From: an uncultured Ruminococcus sp. | GTDB taxonomy: Bacteria; Bacillota; Clostridia; Oscillospirales; Acutalibacteraceae | Length of the DNA: 64,000 nucleotides | Assembly (NCBI GenBank): GCA_902802795.1 | Contig: CADCNI010000002.1 | Span: 10,213-74,212, forward strand | Direction: 5' to 3' | In this document: positions 10,307 through 18,754 of the stretch, piece after piece | Numbering within the stretch: position 1 is the first letter of the stretch | Layout: every line of letters starts with the position of its first letter | Position numbers and translations under genes: made by a program | The notes under the pieces: generated by a model | The model's database searches: none | The model's input: only the letters and a program-made list of their open reading frames with translations | What the model was told of the DNA's origin: nothing

Positions 10307-10798
10307 TTATGCCAGTCTGTCCTTGATGGAATTGAGCAGTCCGCCCTTGGTGATGATATTCTGGATAAAGGGCGGGAAGGGCTGTGCCTGATAGGTCTTG
10401 CCGGTGGTGAGATTGGTGATGGCGCCCGTGTCAAAATCCACCTTGACTTCGTCGCCGTCCTTGATGTCGGTCGCCGCCTCGTCACATTCGAGGATCGCCA
10501 GACCGATGTTGAGGGCGTTGCGGTAGAAGATACGCGCAAAAGTGGAGGCGATGACACAGGAAATGCCCGAAGCCTTGATGGCGATGGGGGCGTGTTCACG
10601 GGAGGAGCCGCAGCCGAAATTCTTGCCTGCGACCATGATTTCGCCCTTTTTGACCTTGCTGACGAAATCCGCGTCGATATCCTCCATGCAGTGAGCGGCC
10701 AGCTCCGCGTGGGAGGATGTATTCAGATAGCGGGCGGGAATGATGACGTCGGTATCGACGTTGTCGCCGTACTTGTGTACTTTACCTTGTGCCTGCAT
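10307..10798 (-). CDS. leuD: 3-isopropylmalate dehydratase small subunit
   Basis: Archaeal/clostridial-type short LeuD (163 aa) with the [13 protein letters not shown] motif. Confidence 0.93.
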   Translation of the reverse strand: MQAQGKVHKYGDNVDTDVIIPARYLNTSSHAELAAHCMEDIDADFVSKVKKGEIMVAGKNFGCGSSREHAPIAIKASGISCVIASTFARIFYRNALNIGLAILECDEAATDIKDGDEVKVDFDTGAITNLTTGKTYQAQPFPPFIQNIITKGGLLNSIKDRLA

Positions 10799-10873
10799 AT
10801 AGTTTCAAGTCTCCTTTCAACAGCGAGCGAAAGCGAGCGCATATATTATTGTAAGCGCGCAGCGCTTCCGACA

Positions 10874-10908
10874 CTATTCTCTATTATCTATTCTTTATTC
10901 TCTATTAT
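10874..10908 (-). repeat. Heptanucleotide tandem array x5 (AKAATAR on the minus strand) starting 1 nt after the leuC stop
   Basis: The plus-strand units are ctattct, ctattat, ctattct, ttattct, ctattat. The leuC stop TAA is at 10910-10912. Confidence 0.9.
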
Positions 10909-10909
10909 T

Positions 10910-12178
10910 TTAGCGCAGCGCTCCTGGGTCGGTGATGTAGCCGGTGACGGCGCTGGCAGCGGCAACGGCAGGGCTTGCGAGGTAGATTTCGCTGGTGATG
11001 TGACCCATTCTGCCGATGAAGTTGCGGTTGGTGGTGCTGACGGCTTTCTCATTTTCCGCGAGAATGCCCATGTGACCGCCGAGGCAGGGGCCGCAGGTGG
11101 GAGTGGAGACAACAGCGCCCGCTTCCACGAAGATTTCGAGCAGACCCTCGCGCAGCGCCTGGAGATAGATGCTCTGGGTGCCGGGGAAGACGATGCAGCG
11201 CACATTTTTGGCGACCTTGCGTCCTTTGAGGATAGCGGCGGCGGCTCTGAGGTCTTCAAGGCGGCCGTTGGTGCAGCTTCCGATGACGCTTTGGTCGATC
11301 TTGACCTCCTGCGGGCCGATCTCGTCCACGGTCTTGGTGTTTTCCGGCAGATGGGGGAAAGCCACGGTGGGACGGAGCGCGGAAAGGTCGATGGTGTAGG
11401 TTTCGTCATACACCGCGTCCTCGTCGGCGGTGTAGACCACGGGGGTACGCTGGAATCTGCCCTTGCAGTATTCCTCGGTAATCTCGTCCACGGGGAAGAT
11501 GCCGTTTTTCGCGCCTGCTTCGATGGCCATATTGGCGATGCAGAGGCGGGAATCCATCGAGAGGTGCTTTACGCCGTCGCCGGTGAATTCCATGGATTTG
11601 TAGCGCGCGCCGTCCACGCCGATCATGCCGATGATGTGAAGGATGACGTCCTTGCCGGTGACCCAGCCCTGCGGCTCACCTGTCAGGACAAATTTTATCG
11701 CAGAAGGCACCTTGAACCAGGTCTTGCCGGTGGCCATGCCGGCCGCCATATCGGTGGAGCCGACGCCTGTGCTGAACGCGCCGAGCGCGCCGTAGGTGCA
11801 GGTGTGGCTGTCCGCGCCGATCACGCAGTCGCCGGGACCTACCAGTCCCTGTTCGGGCAGGAGGGCGTGTTCGATGCCCATTTGTCCCACGTCGAAGTAG
11901 TTGAGCACGTCATACTTCTGTGCAAAGGTGCGTACTTTTTTGACCTGCTGTGCCGCCTTAATGTCCTTGTTGGGAGTGAAATGATCCATTACAAGGGCGA
12001 TTCTTTCTCTGTCAAAGATTTTGTCCACGCCCGCCTTTTCCAGCTCGTTGATGGCGACGGGGGAGGTGATGTCGTTGCCCAGTACCAGATCGAGCTTTGC
12101 TTCGATGAGCTGCCCTGCGACAACGCTGTCCAGTCCCGCATGAGCGGCGAGGATTTTTTGCGTCATAGTCATACCCAT
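10910..12178 (-). CDS. leuC: 3-isopropylmalate dehydratase large subunit
   Basis: An aconitase-family protein with [13 protein letters not shown] and [15 protein letters not shown] cluster-ligand motifs. AAGGAGG lies 10 nt upstream of ATG 12178. Confidence 0.93.
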   Translation of the reverse strand: MGMTMTQKILAAHAGLDSVVAGQLIEAKLDLVLGNDITSPVAINELEKAGVDKIFDRERIALVMDHFTPNKDIKAAQQVKKVRTFAQKYDVLNYFDVGQMGIEHALLPEQGLVGPGDCVIGADSHTCTYGALGAFSTGVGSTDMAAGMATGKTWFKVPSAIKFVLTGEPQGWVTGKDVILHIIGMIGVDGARYKSMEFTGDGVKHLSMDSRLCIANMAIEAGAKNGIFPVDEITEEYCKGRFQRTPVVYTADEDAVYDETYTIDLSALRPTVAFPHLPENTKTVDEIGPQEVKIDQSVIGSCTNGRLEDLRAAAAILKGRKVAKNVRCIVFPGTQSIYLQALREGLLEIFVEAGAVVSTPTCGPCLGGHMGILAENEKAVSTTNRNFIGRMGHITSEIYLASPAVAAASAVTGYITDPGALR

Positions 12179-12214
12179 GATGAGTATTCCTCCTTGTCAA
12201 TATGATTACATGCT

Positions 12215-12243
12215 ATTATAACACACCAATTTAATTTTGTAAA
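12215..12243 (-). promoter_or_regulatory. Promoter TTTACA-17-TATAAT with a TG extension (minus strand), for leuCD
   Basis: On the plus strand, tgtaaa lies at 12238-12243 and attata at 12215-12220. Confidence 0.6.
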
Positions 12244-12262
12244 TCATTCGTAAGAGAAAAAG

Positions 12263-12292
12263 TTGACAACAAAGGGGCGTTAATACTATAAT
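12263..12292 (+). promoter_or_regulatory. SigA-type promoter, TTGACA-18-TATAAT
   Basis: The boxes lie at 12263-12268 and 12287-12292. The extended -35 context TTGACAACAAAGGGGC resembles the one at 16509. Confidence 0.65.
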
Positions 12293-12375
12293 AAAAGAAT
12301 ACACATGACGGACAGACCGTGACAGGATGCTTTACGGCTGGCTGTAGTGAATCTGCAAAGAAGAAGGATTACAAG

Positions 12376-13725
12376 ATGAAAAAGAATGGCTCCAAAATGG
12401 CGGCGGTGCTTCTTGCGCTGCTTTTAACGGTTGCGGCCCTCCCAAAAACACCATCTGTGGTGTATGCTTCCGGCGAGGATGTTTCTTCAGAACAAACGGC
12501 GGTGCAGGAGACTGTGGAAATCAGCGACGCCCAAGGAATGCTTGCTATGGCCGAAGCGCCGGGCGGAAGCTACCGTCTGACAGCGGATATTGATATGGGC
12601 GTGATTGACTGGGTTCCCCTCGCTTTCAGCGGCACGCTGGACGGTGCAGGGCATACGCTCTATAATCTGCATGTTACCCAAACGGGAAAGGATACGAAAA
12701 TCACCAGGGATGGCAATCTGAAAGAGTACGATACCGTATTTGCCGGGCTTTTCTCGGCGACGGAGAAAGCAACTGTCAAGAATCTCAACATAGTGGGCGC
12801 GGAGGTTTCTGTGGAAAGCGATACCCATTGTTTTGCGGCCGTCCTGACGGGATATACCTATGACAGCACGTTTACCGATTGTAAGGTACAGGGACGGGTG
12901 AACCTGATCAATCATGGCGTCAATACCGGTGTGGCCGGTCTTGCGGGTTTCGGCTGGGGTGTTTTTGATGACTGCGCCGCGGATGTGGAGCTGGTTTTTG
13001 AGGATCGCTATCGCAAGGGACACTGCGAAGAATTTATGGGAGGCGTACTGTCTTGCGGCGTAGCGTCGATCCGCCATTGCAGCGTGACGATCGACGGCTA
13101 TGATTCCTGTCACGGTTACGTACACAACGGCGGCATGGTGGGAATGTATTACCTCTGCGGTCAGACTTATTCCGAAAGGGAAGTAATCGGCAATCGCGTG
13201 CAGGGACAGATTACTTTCTTTGAAGACAACAGTGACAGGAGAGCCTATTGCAGCAGCATCATTGGAGAAAGATTGACCGGCTGTAGTACATATTCTGACA
13301 ATAAAGCAAAATTCACACGCAATGAGATATTCAAGTATAACACCGTGCTGCTGCCCGAAAAATGTAAAAAAAACCATTATACCGAGGTTGTCTATGACCC
13401 GGACTGTACGCACTGGGGCTGCACCGAGCACACCTGTGACGTGTGCGGCTATCATTGGAAGGATACCTATACCCCGCCGCATCATGACTTTGGCGAATGG
13501 GAAGATACCGGACGCGTGAGTGAAACGGGCGGGAAGATACAGCAGCGTATCTGCAAGGCGTGTCAGGCGACGGAGGAAAGAGAAGTTTTTGTCATCATGA
13601 AACCGTCCGAACCAAGGAAAGAATTTCCCCTCGGCGTGGCGGTTGCCATAGGCGGCGCGGGATTATTGGTGCTGGCTGCCGCCGTTACGGGAACGGTTCT
13701 GTTCCTGAGAAAAAAGCGGAAATAA
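12376..13725 (+). CDS. Secreted, C-terminally membrane-anchored protein with beta-helix-like repeats and a Cys-rich stalk
   Basis: It has a signal peptide (MAAVLLALLLTVAALPKTPSVVYA), a Cys-rich segment (CTHWGCTEHTCDVCGYHW...CKACQ) and a C-terminal TM followed by KKRK. The family assignment is uncertain. Confidence 0.7.
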   Translation: MKKNGSKMAAVLLALLLTVAALPKTPSVVYASGEDVSSEQTAVQETVEISDAQGMLAMAEAPGGSYRLTADIDMGVIDWVPLAFSGTLDGAGHTLYNLHVTQTGKDTKITRDGNLKEYDTVFAGLFSATEKATVKNLNIVGAEVSVESDTHCFAAVLTGYTYDSTFTDCKVQGRVNLINHGVNTGVAGLAGFGWGVFDDCAADVELVFEDRYRKGHCEEFMGGVLSCGVASIRHCSVTIDGYDSCHGYVHNGGMVGMYYLCGQTYSEREVIGNRVQGQITFFEDNSDRRAYCSSIIGERLTGCSTYSDNKAKFTRNEIFKYNTVLLPEKCKKNHYTEVVYDPDCTHWGCTEHTCDVCGYHWKDTYTPPHHDFGEWEDTGRVSETGGKIQQRICKACQATEEREVFVIMKPSEPRKEFPLGVAVAIGGAGLLVLAAAVTGTVLFLRKKRK

Positions 13726-13904
13726 CGCCCTGCATCGGTTTCTTCTCTCGCAAGGAACAGAAAATACAATGCGAAATCTTTAAAACAAAAAACTTAGGTT
13801 TCTTTTAAGTTTATTTAAGCTGGGGCGCATAGAATAGAAGCATCAAAGGAAAACAAACGCCTGCGAGGCGGACGCTTTCCATATAAGAAAAGGGTGTATC
13901 TACT

Positions 13905-14843
13905 ATGCTTCGATTTTTGCAAAAGCCTTTCGCCTACGCGGCTGTGTTTTCGGTCACGCTGGCTTCGGTCAACACATTTGTGCTGCTGAAAACCTATGTC
14001 ATCCCCACGGTGCAGGGGTATGTCACGGAAGTGTCGGATGATTCTTCCGGCTCATCCGGTCACTCCGGCTATTCGGGAACGACAGCCGTGACAAAGGGCG
14101 ACCCTGTGATTACCGACAGTTCCTACACGGACGAGAATATCCAGATAACCCTTACCACCGTGCGCTATGCCGACACGGATGTGTATGTGGCGGATATCAC
14201 GCTCTCCTCCGCCGAATATCTCAAAACGGCGCTCGCCAGCAATACCTTCGGCACCAATGTGACGCAGAAGACCTCCGAAATGGCGGCGGCACACAACGCG
14301 ATTTTAGCGGTCAACGGCGATTACTACGGCGCGAGCCGTCAGGGTTACGTCATCAAAAACGGCGTGATTTACCGCGATACCGCCCGCAAGGATACGTCCT
14401 ATGACGATCTGGTGATCTACAGCGACGGTTCCTTCGGCATCGTGAACGAAAGCGAGGTCACGGCGCAGCAGCTTCTCGACAGCGGCGTGGTCAATCTGTT
14501 TGCCTTTGGACCGGCGCTGGTGCAGAACGGACAGATTGCGGTTTCACAGAATCAGGAAGTCGGCAGGGCAATGGCGAACAATCCCCGCACGGCAATCGGC
14601 ATCATAGACGATCTGCATTATATCATTGTGGTGTCCGACGGCAGAACCAACCAGAGCGAGGGGCTTTCGCTCTATCAGCTCGCGCAGGTCATGCAGCAGT
14701 ACGGCTGCGTGACGGCGTACAATCTGGACGGCGGCGGTTCGTCCACGATGGTTTTCAACGGCGAAGTGGTCAACAATCCCACCACAAACGGCAACAGAAT
14801 TTCGGAAAGGACAGTGAGCGACATTGTATACATCGGGTATTAA
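13905..14843 (+). CDS. Phosphodiester glycosidase family protein (NAGPA/DUF2233-like)
   Basis: An N-terminal TM is followed by motifs AVNGDYYG, FGPALVQNG, NPRTAIG and AYNLDGGGSSTM. Confidence 0.8.
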   Translation: MLRFLQKPFAYAAVFSVTLASVNTFVLLKTYVIPTVQGYVTEVSDDSSGSSGHSGYSGTTAVTKGDPVITDSSYTDENIQITLTTVRYADTDVYVADITLSSAEYLKTALASNTFGTNVTQKTSEMAAAHNAILAVNGDYYGASRQGYVIKNGVIYRDTARKDTSYDDLVIYSDGSFGIVNESEVTAQQLLDSGVVNLFAFGPALVQNGQIAVSQNQEVGRAMANNPRTAIGIIDDLHYIIVVSDGRTNQSEGLSLYQLAQVMQQYGCVTAYNLDGGGSSTMVFNGEVVNNPTTNGNRISERTVSDIVYIGY

Positions 14844-14847
14844 TCAA

Positions 14848-15354
14848 ATGAACGCGGTTCCCCGGCAGCGTCCGGGGGCGGTCCGTCCGGTTTCCCGGCA
14901 GCGTCCGGCGACGACCGGACAATGGACGGCACAGAGAACAGCACAGCGGACGGGGCGGACATTCCATCGGTGGTGCGCCAAAATCACAGGCGTTTACGCG
15001 GGTATCGCGGTCTTCTGCGTGGTGTTCTGCCTGATTTATGAACAGTTCAGCTTCGGCGAACATTCTGACGCGATGCGGCGGATGTTTCTGGTTCCCCTGA
15101 TAGGCGGCGTGCTTCCTTTCGCGCTGCTGGCGGCTTCCGATCTGATGAACGGTTTGTCCCGCGTGACCTTTAACCTGTGGAATTCCGGCATAGCGGTGCT
15201 GGTCAGCGGATGTCTTATCACGGGCATCATTGAAATTTCCGGCAGAGTGTCGGACTACAGCCTGTATTATTGGATAGCGGGCGGCGTATTTCTTGTCGCG
15301 GCGGTTGTCGCGCAGTTCTTTCCCTCGAATCAGCGCGGTACTTTTTCAAGATAA
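14848..15354 (+). CDS. Small membrane protein (4 predicted TM helices) with an Arg/Pro-rich repetitive N-terminus
   Basis: Four hydrophobic helices follow a repetitive N-terminus encoded by direct repeats of cccggcagcgtccgg (14862 and 14895). The start (ATG 14848 or 14824) is uncertain. Confidence 0.5.
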   Translation: MNAVPRQRPGAVRPVSRQRPATTGQWTAQRTAQRTGRTFHRWCAKITGVYAGIAVFCVVFCLIYEQFSFGEHSDAMRRMFLVPLIGGVLPFALLAASDLMNGLSRVTFNLWNSGIAVLVSGCLITGIIEISGRVSDYSLYYWIAGGVFLVAAVVAQFFPSNQRGTFSR

Positions 15355-15551
15355 CGGCGCAGACCGATTCCCTCTCTTTTTTTTCATGACTATCCCTCTT
15401 TTTCATATTCATTTAATCCTCTCTTTCGGAAAAAGCTCACTGCGCCAATGCGCTGTGGGCTTTTTCTGTGTGTGTCCCCAACGGTTCCCATTCACAGAGC
15501 GACAGGCGCTTGATTTGTGTGGGAATATCCCAAAATGATACAAAAATCAAC

Positions 15552-15580
15552 TTGCAAACGGTCATAAGGCATGGTATAAT
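15552..15580 (+). promoter_or_regulatory. Promoter TTGCAA-17-(TGg)TATAAT for the TIR gene
   Basis: The boxes lie at 15552-15557 and 15575-15580, with TG at 15572-15573. Confidence 0.65.
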
Positions 15581-15631
15581 GACAAAGAAAAACCCGAAAC
15601 ACGAAAACACGAGAAAACGAGGTGAACCCTT

Positions 15632-16198
15632 GTGGCAACCAATTTTGGATTTATGCCTGTTTTGGAGGGCAAGCGGTATTTTATCAGCTACAAAAGCGAG
15701 GATGCCGAACGGGTAGGCGCTATCACCCGCAGGCTCAACGAAATGGGTGTGCCGATGTGGTACGATTACGGCATCGAAAAGGGCGAATATTGGGAAAAAG
15801 AAATCAACCGAAATATCAAAGCCAGTGAAGCGGTTATTATCTTTGCCACCAAAGCCCTGTTTGCGGCGAATGATACATGGGTGCGCATTGAATTTGATGT
15901 GGCGAAAATGTACGGCAAAAAACGCTATGTGGTGTGGCTGGATGCTCTGGATCCCTATGAACACCCGGAGGACGTTCATGACGACCTGAAAATCTGGTAC
16001 TGGAACGTGGCGCGTCTGCAAGGCATCAAGGTGGCGGGATGTTCGGTTGACCGCATCACGCAGACAATGGTAACGGAATTTCACCTGATACAGGGAATGC
16101 CGCCCCAGCCGCCGTCGCCGACCTTTCAGCCCACCGAGGCAAAAGCCGAACCTATAGCAATCCAAACAAACAAAAAGACAAGTTCGGCGCGCTGGTGA
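15632..16198 (+). CDS. Stand-alone TIR-domain protein
   Basis: KRYFISYKSEDAE... and the conserved W-x-x-x-E motif (TWVRIEF, Glu87) fit a bacterial TIR fold of ~130 aa. A Pro-rich tail follows. GTG 15632 lies 8 nt after GAGGTG. The gene has its own consensus promoter at 15552-15580. Confidence 0.75.
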   Translation: MATNFGFMPVLEGKRYFISYKSEDAERVGAITRRLNEMGVPMWYDYGIEKGEYWEKEINRNIKASEAVIIFATKALFAANDTWVRIEFDVAKMYGKKRYVVWLDALDPYEHPEDVHDDLKIWYWNVARLQGIKVAGCSVDRITQTMVTEFHLIQGMPPQPPSPTFQPTEAKAEPIAIQTNKKTSSARW

Positions 16199-16222
16199 GC
16201 ACATGGCTGCGTTGTCGTCCTA

Positions 16223-16367
16223 GGTGGGCGCCAGCCCACCGTCGTCCTCTCGCCTCCTTTTGTCTCCCTGATTATTTGGATTGCTATAATCATCTAATCA
16301 TGGCGCGATAGCGCCAAATCCAATGCGCCGCAGGCGCATCTATCATCCCTTCCGCCGCGAAGCGGCG
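16223..16367 (+). repeat. Cluster of four GC mini-hairpins (5-7 bp stems, 3-4 nt loops)
   Basis: The hairpins are ggtgggc-gcca-gcccacc (16223-40), ggcgc-gata-gcgcc (16302-15), tgcgcc-gca-ggcgca (16324-38) and cgccgc-gaa-gcggcg (16353-67). The first is flanked by the direct repeat gtcgtcct. Confidence 0.8.
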
Positions 16368-16380
16368 CGAAAATTTTCAG

Positions 16381-16437
16381 ACAATCCCGGATAGCCCCAT
16401 TCCCGACGGCGTGGCATCTCCGGGATTGTGTTTTTTT
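16381..16437 (+). terminator. Intrinsic terminator ~180 nt downstream of the TIR gene
   Basis: A 10-bp stem (acaatcccgg / ccgggattgt) is followed by g and T7. Confidence 0.8.
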
Positions 16438-16508
16438 CTTGCGTTTCCCCCCTCCTTTCCGGCTTTGCGGCGTTTGCGGACGTTTCGGTGAACTTGCGAA
16501 GGTAAGTA

Positions 16509-16538
16509 TTGACAACAAGGGGCAAAAACTGCTATAAT
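16509..16538 (+). promoter_or_regulatory. SigA-type promoter, TTGACA-18-TATAAT, for yicC
   Basis: The boxes lie at 16509-16514 and 16533-16538. Confidence 0.65.
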
Positions 16539-16596
16539 ATACTTTACAGAATTATGTGGTTTTCCGCATAGAACATCCGAAGAAAGGACGAATGGC

Positions 16597-17475
16597 ATGA
16601 TAAAAAGCATGACGGGCTGTGGTCACGCGCAGAAGACGATTCACGGCAGGGATATCACGGTGGAAATCAGGTCGGTCAATCACAAGTTTTTCGACTTTTC
16701 CGTCAAAACCCCTCGCGGCTGTTCGTTTGTGGAGGAAGCGGTGCGCGGTTTTGTCAAAGAGCGGGTGGCGCGGGGCAAAATCGACGTGTATGTGACGATT
16801 CTCAATGCGGGAGATACGCCCGCGCAGGTGGAGCTGAATGAATCGCTCGCGGCAGGGTATGTCAAAGCCTTGCGGGAACTGGGCGAGAAATTCGGGCTGA
16901 TCGACGATATTTCGGTGAGTACGGTAGCGCGATATACCGATATTTTCACGGTGAAAAAGCCGGAGCAGGACGAGGACGAAGTGCGCGCCGACGTGCTGAC
17001 CGTGCTGGAAGAAGCCGTGGCAGGCTTTCTGACCATGCGGGAGACCGAGGGGCAGAAGCTGCGGGAGGATATTCTCGGACGGGTGGACACGATTCTGGAA
17101 CTGGTGGAGCAGATCGAGCGGCTCTCCCCGCAGACCTTGGAAGCCTATAAGGAACGGCTGCGGGCGAAAATCGAGGAACTCAAAGGCGACGCCGCCATCG
17201 ACGAGCAGCGTCTGCTGACCGAAATCGCTATCTTTGCCGACAAAATCGCGGTGGATGAGGAAACCGTCCGCCTGAGAAGCCATATCGGGCAGGTGAGACA
17301 AATGCTCGATTCCGGCGAGGCGGTGGGCAGAAAGCTCGACTTCATCGTGCAGGAGATGAACCGCGAGGCGAACACCATCGGCTCCAAAGCACAGAATTCC
17401 GAAATCGCGCATACCGTGGTGGCGGTCAAGGCGGAAATCGAAAAGATTCGCGAACAGGTGCAGAATATCGAATGA
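16597..17475 (+). CDS. yicC: YicC/YloC-family stress-induced protein (endoribonuclease YloC-like)
   Basis: MTGCG at the N-terminus and KLDFIVQEMNREANTIGSKA at the C-terminus are characteristic. It has the same position as B. subtilis yloC. Confidence 0.9.
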   Translation: MIKSMTGCGHAQKTIHGRDITVEIRSVNHKFFDFSVKTPRGCSFVEEAVRGFVKERVARGKIDVYVTILNAGDTPAQVELNESLAAGYVKALRELGEKFGLIDDISVSTVARYTDIFTVKKPEQDEDEVRADVLTVLEEAVAGFLTMRETEGQKLREDILGRVDTILELVEQIERLSPQTLEAYKERLRAKIEELKGDAAIDEQRLLTEIAIFADKIAVDEETVRLRSHIGQVRQMLDSGEAVGRKLDFIVQEMNREANTIGSKAQNSEIAHTVVAVKAEIEKIREQVQNIE

Positions 17476-17510
17476 TATGAATTAAGACGAATAAATCGGA
17501 GGAGCGCCGC

Positions 17511-17813
17511 ATGAAATTAATCAATGTGGGTTACGGCAACATGGTCGCCGTCAGCCATATCATAGCGATTGTGAGTCCCGATTCCGCGCCCATCAAGCGC
17601 ATGGTGCAGGACGCGAAGGAGCGGGGCAACGCCATCGACGCCACCTTCGGGCGGCGCACCAAAGCGGTCATCGTGACCGACAGCGACCACATCATTCTCT
17701 CGGCCATCCAGCCGCGGCACATTGCCAGCCGGTTGGAAAACCGCGGGGACGGCGCTGTCGCAGGCGACGCACCCTATGAAAGTGAGGAGAAGGATGAAAA
17801 TGAACAACAGTAA
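17511..17813 (+). CDS. remA: RemA/YlzA (DUF370) biofilm/extracellular-matrix regulatory protein
   Basis: [12 protein letters not shown]...SPDSAPIKR...[19 protein letters not shown] is the conserved RemA core. There is an acidic C-terminal extension. Confidence 0.9.
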   Translation: MKLINVGYGNMVAVSHIIAIVSPDSAPIKRMVQDAKERGNAIDATFGRRTKAVIVTDSDHIILSAIQPRHIASRLENRGDGAVAGDAPYESEEKDENEQQ

Positions 17814-18447
17814 AGGCTTGATCGTCATCGTTTCGGGACCTTCCGCGTCCGGCAAAGGCACCGTCGTCAGCCGCGCGCTGGAAAAGGCGGACGAAGCGAG
17901 AGTGGATGTGCAGCTTTCGGTCTCCATGACCACGCGGGACATCGGCAAGAACGAAGTGGACGGGGAAACCTACTATTTTGTGAGCCGCGAGGATTTTGAA
18001 AAGAATATTGCGGACAACAATCTGGTGGAGTACAACAACTACGCCGGGGAGTATTACGGTACCCCCAAGGATAAGCTCGAGGGCTGGCTGTCGCAGGGCA
18101 GCAGCGTCATTCTCGAAATCGACGTCAACGGCGCGAAGCAGGTATTGGAGCAGTACCCCGAAGCCGTGACGGTCTACATCCTGCCGCCCTCTTTTCAGGA
18201 ACTGGAATACCGCCTGAGAAGCCGCGGACGCGACAGCGAGGAAAAGATTCAATACCGCCTGGCCAAGGGCAAAAACGAGATACCCGAGGCGCGCTGGTAC
18301 GACTACATTCTGGTCAACGAGATCATCGAGGAATCGGCGGACGATCTTCTCAGCATTATCAAAGCGGAGAAGAACAGCCGTCTGCGTGTGGAATATAAAA
18401 TCGACGAGGTGCTTGCTACTTATGGAAAAGAAGAACAGAACGATTGA
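17794..18447 (+). CDS. gmk: Guanylate kinase
   Basis: It has a P-loop ([10 protein letters not shown]) and the [10 protein letters not shown] motif. The start is ATG 17794 or 17800 after GAGGAG, and overlaps the remA end. Confidence 0.93.
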   Translation: MKMNNSKGLIVIVSGPSASGKGTVVSRALEKADEARVDVQLSVSMTTRDIGKNEVDGETYYFVSREDFEKNIADNNLVEYNNYAGEYYGTPKDKLEGWLSQGSSVILEIDVNGAKQVLEQYPEAVTVYILPPSFQELEYRLRSRGRDSEEKIQYRLAKGKNEIPEARWYDYILVNEIIEESADDLLSIIKAEKNSRLRVEYKIDEVLATYGKEEQND

Positions 18448-18742
18448 CGACGTATTTGAGATGTCCGACAGCCGCTATTCGCTGGTCAACGCTATCAGCC
18501 GCAAGGCGAGAGAGATTGCCGACGAAGCCGAATCCAATCACGACGTGCTTTACCGCAAACCGGTGAATATGGTTATTGACCGTCTGCTGGACGGCAGAGC
18601 CGTGATCGAGCGCATCGAGGAACCGGAGGAAGACGACCTGTTTGCCGACGACCCGGACGACGCGGACGTGTCGGACGCGGCGGAAGCGCGTGTCTCACAG
18701 CCGGAAGCTTTTCCCTTTGCCTCTTTCGGAAACGAGGAGTAA
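18422..18742 (+). CDS. rpoZ: DNA-directed RNA polymerase subunit omega
   Basis: SRYSLVNAISRKAREI is the omega core. The gene overlaps the gmk stop and lies in the conserved position after gmk. Confidence 0.85.
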   Translation: MEKKNRTIDDVFEMSDSRYSLVNAISRKAREIADEAESNHDVLYRKPVNMVIDRLLDGRAVIERIEEPEEDDLFADDPDDADVSDAAEARVSQPEAFPFASFGNEE

Positions 18743-18754
18743 TAAACAGCCGAT

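Noticed and set aside
10592-12205. A 537-aa plus-strand ORF across the leuC/leuD region. Similar long ORFs are 6859..7923(+), 8064..9308(+), 15437..16204(-), 16552..17412(-), 19658..21031(-), 21749..22822(-), 28788..30092(-), 32802..33773(-), 35016..36161(+), 40005..41225(-), 45256..46377(-), 46452..48182(-), 48267..49556(-), 50788..51798(+), 51811..52824(+), 52556..54241(+) and 59032..60975(-).
   Set aside because: They are antisense shadow ORFs typical of GC-rich DNA. Their composition is skewed to Arg/Gly/Ala/His/Val/Asp, and they have no recognisable motifs and no RBS. In every case the opposite strand encodes a clearly recognisable or well-formed protein.
15632-16198. Calling the TIR gene a Thoeris (ThsB) system.
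   Set aside because: No ThsA-like (SIR2 or Macro/SLOG) gene or any other known partner is present in the window, so only an orphan TIR can be claimed.
16260-16290. An internal promoter (TTGTCT-19-TATAAT) driving an independent sRNA from the mini-hairpin region.
   Set aside because: The -35 is weak and the 19-nt spacer is over-long. It is kept only as a possibility inside the mini-hairpin finding.
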